Below, in pieces: positions 58,044-64,000 of a DNA stretch of 64,000 nt. The first letter of the stretch is position 1. The number at the start of each line of letters is the position of its first letter. This DNA is from a candidate division WOR-3 bacterium (GTDB lineage Bacteria; Hydrothermota; Tepidihabitantia; Tepidihabitantales; JAOUPE01). The notes below the pieces were generated by a model that ran no database searches, was not told the origin of the DNA, and worked only from the letters and a program-made list of their open reading frames with translations. The stretch spans positions 1 through 64,000 of the forward strand of contig JBDRUX010000001.1 in NCBI GenBank assembly GCA_039801565.1. Reading direction: 5' to 3'. A program made the position numbers and the translations under genes.

Positions 58044-58310
58044 ATGAAAAAAACGCCAGCAAATCCAGAAGACTTATTGGAGACAGGCCAATTTTACCTT
58101 TTGAACCAAAAGTTTTCCGAGGCGATAAAGAAATTTAAGGAAGCCTTGAAACTGAAGCCTGATGACCCGAAAATCTATTTCCAATTAGGACTGGCTTATG
58201 AAGGTGCCTGCCAAATCAATGAAGCGAAAGAGATGTTTCGAAAAGTATTAGAATTGGATGCCGGGGCAAAAGAAGCCGCCGAACACTTGGAACGCCTGGC
58301 AGGAAAATAA
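58044..58310 (+). CDS. TPR-repeat protein
   Basis: AIKKFKEALKLKPDD, YFQLGLAY, AKEMFRKVLELD; ATG 58044 is the likelier start. Confidence 0.85.
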   Translation: MKKTPANPEDLLETGQFYLLNQKFSEAIKKFKEALKLKPDDPKIYFQLGLAYEGACQINEAKEMFRKVLELDAGAKEAAEHLERLAGK

Positions 58311-58313
58311 TTA

Positions 58314-58442
58314 GTGTATTGTCCAAGGTGTAAAACAAAAATGGTTGAACAGAAGCGAAGTTTTCATAAGAAACGAAAATGGGTATGTCCAAAATGTGGC
58401 AAGGTACGGATGCAGTTACCAAAATTAGCTAAAGAACAATGA
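58314..58442 (+). CDS. 42-aa zinc-ribbon protein (not in ORF track)
   Basis: GTG start; MYCPRCKTKMVEQKRSFHKKRKWVCPKCGKVRMQLPKLAKEQ*; ATGA overlap with next ORF. Confidence 0.75.
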   Translation: MYCPRCKTKMVEQKRSFHKKRKWVCPKCGKVRMQLPKLAKEQ

Positions 58443-59995
58443 TGAAGAGCGAAAGTTTAACTTTTAAAGATAAACCAAAGAGACCAGACTTGATTGGGGT
58501 TTGGTTATTATCTTTAGTAATCTTTACCCTGAATCAAGTTCAGGGTAATCCGCCCCAGGTGGCGAAAAAGGAGGGAATTATGCGCGAACCAGCGGTTGCC
58601 GGGCAGTTTTATCCAGGTAGTAAAGAAACATTAGATAAAACTGTAACTAAACTACTTAATAGTGTGACCGTTCCTAAGATTACCGGGAAAATCATCGGGA
58701 TTGTTGCACCCCATGCGGGTTATGAATATTCTGGGCAAGTTGCCGCGCATAGTTATAAATTGATTGCCAACTTAGACTATAAGACAGTAATCATAATTGG
58801 ACCAAGTCATCGGACATTTTTTGAAGGGACTGCAGTTTATAGCCAAGGGATATGGAAGACACCATTAGGCGAAGTGGCAATTGATTCGAAATTAGCCCAA
58901 GCCATAATTAATCATAATCCCAAATTGATTAAGGATTTGCCCCAGGCCCATAAATTGGAACACTCCTTAGAAGTCCAATTACCATTTTTACAAAAGACGC
59001 TAAAAGATTTTAAAATTGTACCCATTATGTTACTCGAACCAACTTTCCAAGATTGTGAGGCTTTAGCCGATGCGCTAAGTAGTGTGATTAAAGATAATTC
59101 AGCTCTTCTCTTAGCTTCCTCGGATTTATACCATGGCTACTCCTACAATGAGTGTGTAGCGACAGATAAACGGACCTTGGGCTTGATTGAAAAGATGGAC
59201 GCCAAGGCACTATTTAATGCCCTAAAGACAGGAGAAGCACAAGCTTGTGGTGGAATGCCAATTGTGGTGGTAATCCTGGCATGCCAAAAATTGGGTGCCA
59301 ATAAAGCCAAGGTTTTAAAATCAACTAATTCCAATGAAGTAACCGGTGAAATTGGTGGTTATTGTGTTGGTTACGGCTCAGTGGTTTTTTACCAGTCACA
59401 AGCCCAAGAAGGCAAAAAACCAAGTATTGAAGAAATGAGCGGCACAATTGGTTTGAGTCCTGAAGAGAAGAAAGAGTTATTAAAGATTGCCCGCACCACC
59501 TTAGAAAAACACATCCGAAAAGAAAAAATTCCTGAGTTCAAACCGAGTTCAGAAAAATTAAAAGAAAAGCGTGGGGTATTTGTCACCTTAAAAAAACATG
59601 GCGAATTGCGGGGTTGTATTGGTTATGTCGAAGGTATTAAACCGACCTACGAAGCGGTAAAGGAGAATGCAATCAATGCCTCAACCAATGACCCAAGATT
59701 TTCACCGGTCCGACCCGAAGAATTAAAAGACATCGACATTGAAATAACCGTGATGACGCCACTGCAAAGAATCACCGACCCAAAAGTTATTGAAGTTGGT
59801 AAACACGGAATTCTAATCAAACGGGGTTGGAATCAAGGCTTACTCTTGCCCCAAGTCGCCACGGAATATGGTTGGAATCGAGAGGAATTTTTAGCCCACA
59901 CCTGTTTAAAAGCTGGTTTGCCGATTAATGCCTGGAAAGAAAAAGATACCGAAATCTATATCTTTTCCGGCGAGGTCTTTGGGGAAAAGGAATAA
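58439..59995 (+). CDS. AmmeMemoRadiSam protein B (Memo) fused to protein A (AMMECR1)
   Basis: REPAVAGQFYP, APHAGYEYSG, EHSLEVQLPFLQ; RGVFVTL, LRGCIG, GLLLPQVA, CLKAG. Confidence 0.93.
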   Translation: MMKSESLTFKDKPKRPDLIGVWLLSLVIFTLNQVQGNPPQVAKKEGIMREPAVAGQFYPGSKETLDKTVTKLLNSVTVPKITGKIIGIVAPHAGYEYSGQVAAHSYKLIANLDYKTVIIIGPSHRTFFEGTAVYSQGIWKTPLGEVAIDSKLAQAIINHNPKLIKDLPQAHKLEHSLEVQLPFLQKTLKDFKIVPIMLLEPTFQDCEALADALSSVIKDNSALLLASSDLYHGYSYNECVATDKRTLGLIEKMDAKALFNALKTGEAQACGGMPIVVVILACQKLGANKAKVLKSTNSNEVTGEIGGYCVGYGSVVFYQSQAQEGKKPSIEEMSGTIGLSPEEKKELLKIARTTLEKHIRKEKIPEFKPSSEKLKEKRGVFVTLKKHGELRGCIGYVEGIKPTYEAVKENAINASTNDPRFSPVRPEELKDIDIEITVMTPLQRITDPKVIEVGKHGILIKRGWNQGLLLPQVATEYGWNREEFLAHTCLKAGLPINAWKEKDTEIYIFSGEVFGEKE

Positions 59996-60068
59996 ATCCG
60001 GGATATTGTCAAAAACTTTATGAAAGAGACCACAGAGAATCCGAATGGGATTAAGAAAGAAAAAGGGA

Positions 60069-60102
60069 ACTCTGAAACAAGTTCAGAGTCGACTTCGTCG
60101 AA
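60069..60102 (+). repeat. REP-like palindrome
   Basis: actctgaa-acaag-ttcagagt then cgacttcgtcgaa; sister of 45497-45530. Confidence 0.6.
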
Positions 60103-60409
60103 TCACAGAGATAAATTAAGTTCTTTGTGTTCGCCTCACGCAGTGAGATTCTTCTCAATATGCTTCTTCATCTTTTTCCTGTTTATTTGTGTTCATTCGT
60201 GGTTTTCCCCTTTTCGTTCGGTGGACGCTGCGTGTAGCTCGTAAGAGATTCGCTTTAAGGAACATAGTTCATCAAACGCGGATTGAAGGAAGGTCTAAAA
60301 AGACTGAAATTCAAGGAACACAGAGGGGGAGCCCGATTTGGGTAAGTTCTTGAGCTTAAAAAGAATTCTCTGTGTTCTCTGTGGTTGATTTTGACAATAC
60401 CAAATCTGA

Positions 60410-60516
60410 TTTGAGGAAAAACCCCTCAACTCCCCATCTTTAAAAGAGATGGTTCAAAATTGTTTCCGCCTCAGGCGGATTCAATTTGGGGATTTAAAGG
60501 GACAAAGCCCTTTGGT
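60410..60516 (+). repeat. MITE-like intergenic repeat, copy B
   Basis: Collinear with 50217-50296 but with an extra segment containing the tccgcc-tca-ggcgga hairpin. Confidence 0.65.
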
Positions 60517-60618
60517 AGTTTTGCATCGCAAAGGTTAGTTAAAACTAACGTTTCCCAATGACCAGTTTTTCTTCTATCATATTGATTATCCAAGTAGTTA
60601 GTCGTAAGACAGCTTAGA

Positions 60619-60858
60619 GGGAGGGTATGGCGGGGTGGCAGTATCCGGGGCAGTGGCAGGGCTAGCTTATAAAGCAACCCAATTAGTTGTTTTTGGTACA
60701 TATTCAGACTTTACCTTCGACTCTATCCGAATTACTACTTAGAGGAAAGTTTTCCGGCCTGGTTAGCGAATAGGTTCAAAGGCTGGCTGATAGGATAGAA
60801 GACAAACAAAATAAGCAGTGAACTGGAAAATTAGATAGTCAATCGCCTGAGAAGATAA
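60619..60858 (+). repeat. 12-bp-periodic degenerate array with G-rich head, copy 3 (most decayed)
   Basis: Head gggagggta...cagtatccggggcagtg shared with copy 1; following 12-mers mostly start with two pyrimidines. Confidence 0.7.
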
Positions 60859-60879
60859 TCTTCAGTCCCTTCCAGTGGA

Positions 60880-62286
60880 TTAACTGGGATAATCGGTAGG
60901 TGGATAAATCCCTGAAGGCGGTTTGCCAAATTCAGGAATTTCAATTTTTAACTGACGGAGTTTCCGATAAAGGTGGGTTCGGTCAATAGCTAAGACCGCC
61001 GCGGTCCTTTTCAAATTCCAATTGTTACGGGCTAACATCTTTAAGATGTAATCCCGTTCAAATTCTTCCCGGGCTTGTTTGAGCGTAACCAATTTTGATT
61101 TCACTTGTGGCTCACCTATCTCCATAATTCTAATTAAATCTTCCGCATTGATTTTTGGATTTTTCACCATTATCACTGCCAGTTCCATAAGGTTGCGTAA
61201 TTCCCGACAATTTCCGGGCCAGGGTTGATTCTTTAAAAACTCGATAGCATTATCGGTTAAAATCTTCTTCGGCACTCCGTGTTCTTCACAGAGTGTAGTC
61301 AGGAAATAATCGGCTAAGACTGGCACGTCTTCGGGTCGATTCCTTAATGGTGGAATATAGACATTAACCACATTGAGCCGATAGAATAAATCTTCCCGGA
61401 AGCGGTGTTCTTTAATTTCTTCCCATAGATTCTTGTTGGTGGCAGCAATTATCCGAACATCAACTTTATGGGTCTTAACACTGCCTAACCGTTGAAATTC
61501 CCCTTCCTGAATGAATTGGAGTAATTTGGCTTGGGCGGGTAGGCCCAAATCACCAATCTCATCTAAGAACAAGGTGCCGCCATCCGCCATTTCCAACTTG
61601 CCTTTTTTCTGGGTCTTGGCATCAGTAAAAGCCCCCCGTTCGTAACCAAAGAGTTCGCTTTCAATCAATTCCTTAGGTATTGCGGCACAATTGATTTTGT
61701 AAAAAGGTTGGTCCTTTCTTAAACTGCGGAGATGGATGGCTCGAGCCACCAAATCTTTACCAACCCCGCTTTCACCAACAATTACGACGCTCACTTTCTC
61801 GGGTCCAACATTTTCAATTAATTCAAAGATTTTTTTCATTGCCGAAGAAACCCCAACCATCTGGTAGCGTCTTAACAACTCTTCTTTAAGGAGCTGGACT
61901 TCTTTTTCGATTTGCTCCCGTTCCACTGCCCGTCGAATTAACAAAAGCAATCTATTTTTATCAAAATTGCTTTTTTCTAAGAAATCGTAGGCACCCTCTT
62001 TGGTGGCTGCGACCGCATCTTTGACGGTACCGAAACCAGATATGATAATTACGGGTAGCAGCGGATGGATTTTTTTAATTCTTTTCAGAACTTCGATGCC
62101 GTTGATATCGGGTAAAATTAGGTCGAGGAGGACAACATTCAGATTATTTTCTTGCACCAATTTAAGTGCCGACATACCATCTTCTGCCGTAATAACCGAA
62201 TAGTGTCCTTCGGTCAATATATTAGTCAAAGTCTGACGGGCTCGCTCGTCATCATCAACAACTAAAACTCGAGGATTTATTATCAT
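60880..62286 (-). CDS. Sigma54-dependent response regulator (NtrC family)
   Basis: REC domain (VLVVDDD, LLDL), GESGVGKD, ESELFGYERGAFTDA, FLDEIG, C-terminal Fis-type HTH. Confidence 0.96.
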   Translation of the reverse strand: MIINPRVLVVDDDERARQTLTNILTEGHYSVITAEDGMSALKLVQENNLNVVLLDLILPDINGIEVLKRIKKIHPLLPVIIISGFGTVKDAVAATKEGAYDFLEKSNFDKNRLLLLIRRAVEREQIEKEVQLLKEELLRRYQMVGVSSAMKKIFELIENVGPEKVSVVIVGESGVGKDLVARAIHLRSLRKDQPFYKINCAAIPKELIESELFGYERGAFTDAKTQKKGKLEMADGGTLFLDEIGDLGLPAQAKLLQFIQEGEFQRLGSVKTHKVDVRIIAATNKNLWEEIKEHRFREDLFYRLNVVNVYIPPLRNRPEDVPVLADYFLTTLCEEHGVPKKILTDNAIEFLKNQPWPGNCRELRNLMELAVIMVKNPKINAEDLIRIMEIGEPQVKSKLVTLKQAREEFERDYILKMLARNNWNLKRTAAVLAIDRTHLYRKLRQLKIEIPEFGKPPSGIYPPTDYPS

Positions 62287-62288
62287 GA

Positions 62289-64000
62289 TTAGGCTGGTAA
62301 GTTGATAGTAACGGTTGTGCCAACCCCTTCTTTACTTTGAATCTCAATTGTGCCTTGATGTTTTTCGATAATCTGTTTAGCCAAAGTCAGACCAAGTCCG
62401 ATTCCAGTCGGTTTATCAAAAGTGAAATAAGGGTCAAATACCGATTGCAAATATTTTTCCGGGATTCCCTTGCCAGTATCTGATATCATAACCCTTACCC
62501 AGTTTTTAATTTTGCCTTCAAAGGTTTGGTGAAAAAGCGAAGTTATAACCAATGTTCCTTTGTTTGCCATTGCCTCTACTGCATTATTGATAATAACCTC
62601 AAGGGCATATTCAATTTCTTTTCGGTCAATCCGCACTAAGGGGAGTTTTTCACCTAATTCTAATTTTAATTTAATCCCAGAACCGATGGTTAACGAATAT
62701 TTATCAATAAGTTCTTTTAATATGCGATTAATATCTTCGGCTTGCAAATCGAGTGGAGCGAACCGAGTGAACCGGAGAAAACTATCGGTTAATTTACGCA
62801 GCCTGGCTATCTCTTCCCTGATATTATGGACCAGCTCTTTTGCCCGTTGTTTATCTTCTACTTGGCAGACTTCTGCCAATTGTTCGGTTGCCAGTTGGAT
62901 ATTCATTAACGGCGTCCTCATACCGTGCGCCAACTTTTGAGCGACCGGTGCCCAAGTTTCGATTTGACCAAGATGGCGCAATTTCGTAATGTCTTCAATT
63001 CTTAAAGTATAGGTGTTGCGTCGTGGCAACTGATAAAAATTTAGCGATAAAATCTTCTCATCGGCTGCGTCTTTAATTGTAAATGTCTCGTTTTCGAATT
63101 GCTGAAAATCTTTTAGCTTATTGGAAAGTTCTGTAAGCCCAGCCTTTTGCAACTCTGCGAAAAGGTTGGCATTGTTTAAATTCTTGATGCCGAGCAGATT
63201 ACAAGCCGACACATTCGCGACTTTTATCTTTCCTTGGCGATTGAAGAGAATGTAGCCGATTTGGGTAATTTTGCTATAAAATTTCTTGGCAACCCTTTCC
63301 GAGTAAGTTAATAGCCACCACAAGATGTAAGAAATAATCAGCCCTAAAATGATGAGATTGAGTAAAATCGCGTTAAATAAATGTCCGGTCCTTTTAGCAA
63401 TTGGGGTTGGTTCAAATCGGTAGAGAATAAACTCGGTTTCATCTTTAGCCGGTTGACTAATCAGGACCTTTTTGGTCTTCTGCTCCCGTACCAATTTAAT
63501 AGCTCCTGAATTTAAGCCAACGCCTTGGTCTACAAGACTTTTGGCTAATGGCAATTGGGCGATAACTTTTAACTGATGATTGAAGATCACTAACTTATTA
63601 TCTTCGGTAGTGGTGATGATTTCTTTTCGGCCATCGCCAATTAAATCGTAGACTCCCATCACATCGATACCACGATGGTTGTCATAGGTCAAGATTTCAT
63701 CTAAATCCGAATTGAAGACTCGAATTTTACCATCTAAGTTACCGGTGATGATTTCATCGCAACCATCAAGGTTGATATCTGAACATGCCATTCCCCAAAA
63801 GTTTTCTCCGGTCTGGATAGATTTTTTTAACTTGCCATCGGGTGTCAAGATTAAAATTTTATCCGATTCATAGGATTCCCGTTTTGAAGATGTAGCTACA
63901 ATCACCTCCTTTCTACCATCTTTATCAATGTCTGAGGCGGCGATTTCGGTTTCACAGAAGTACTCACCGGTTTGTTGTTGCCATAATAATTTACCTTTGC
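62289..64000 (-). CDS. Sensor histidine kinase with FG-GAP-like extracytoplasmic repeats (N-terminus beyond window)
   Basis: Frame open to 64000; DIDKDGRKEV, DINLDGCDEI, DLIGDGRKEI; TM helix; LAHGMRTPL, NNAVEA, DTGKGI, GIGLGL. Confidence 0.9.
   Translation of the reverse strand, partial: KGKLLWQQQTGEYFCETEIAASDIDKDGRKEVIVATSSKRESYESDKILILTPDGKLKKSIQTGENFWGMACSDINLDGCDEIITGNLDGKIRVFNSDLDEILTYDNHRGIDVMGVYDLIGDGRKEIITTTEDNKLVIFNHQLKVIAQLPLAKSLVDQGVGLNSGAIKLVREQKTKKVLISQPAKDETEFILYRFEPTPIAKRTGHLFNAILLNLIILGLIISYILWWLLTYSERVAKKFYSKITQIGYILFNRQGKIKVANVSACNLLGIKNLNNANLFAELQKAGLTELSNKLKDFQQFENETFTIKDAADEKILSLNFYQLPRRNTYTLRIEDITKLRHLGQIETWAPVAQKLAHGMRTPLMNIQLATEQLAEVCQVEDKQRAKELVHNIREEIARLRKLTDSFLRFTRFAPLDLQAEDINRILKELIDKYSLTIGSGIKLKLELGEKLPLVRIDRKEIEYALEVIINNAVEAMANKGTLVITSLFHQTFEGKIKNWVRVMISDTGKGIPEKYLQSVFDPYFTFDKPTGIGLGLTLAKQIIEKHQGTIEIQSKEGVGTTVTINLPA

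Noticed and set aside
60020..60701. ORFs 60020-60244 and 60471-60701
   Set aside because: Overlap repeat elements and the array head; no protein-like features.

Overview
Low-GC bacterial chromosomal segment, mostly housekeeping and envelope genes: coaE, fabF, acpP, tolB, ppdK, selD, purD, HU, mtnA, phoU, acpS, galT, ribD/ribE, EF-G, nadE, Trk/Ktr, a two-component pair, several secreted proteins with T9SS/FlgD-like C-terminal domains and tRNA-Leu(CAG). The gene style suggests an anaerobic diderm of the WOR-3/FCB neighbourhood (inference). The standout signal is a lone 122-aa ORF (21664-22032) whose residue pattern matches the major capsid protein of filamentous archaeal viruses (SIRV2/Adnaviria fold, which wraps A-form DNA at 12 bp per dimer). 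It lies head-to-head with an apparently non-coding element made of a G-rich head plus degenerate repeats of exactly 12-bp period. Two more copies of this element occur at 45655-45885 (head-to-head with an XRE-HTH pseudogene) and 60619-60858. No other viral genes are visible. Also found: SelD is a UGA-recoded selenoprotein truncated in the ORF track, a missed 42-aa zinc-ribbon ORF, a tRNA 3'-end duplication, a 75-bp duplicated sorting-domain tail, a ~140-bp inverted duplication around the ribD block, and several small REP/MITE-like repeat families. All family calls are by-eye motif recognition, not database searches.
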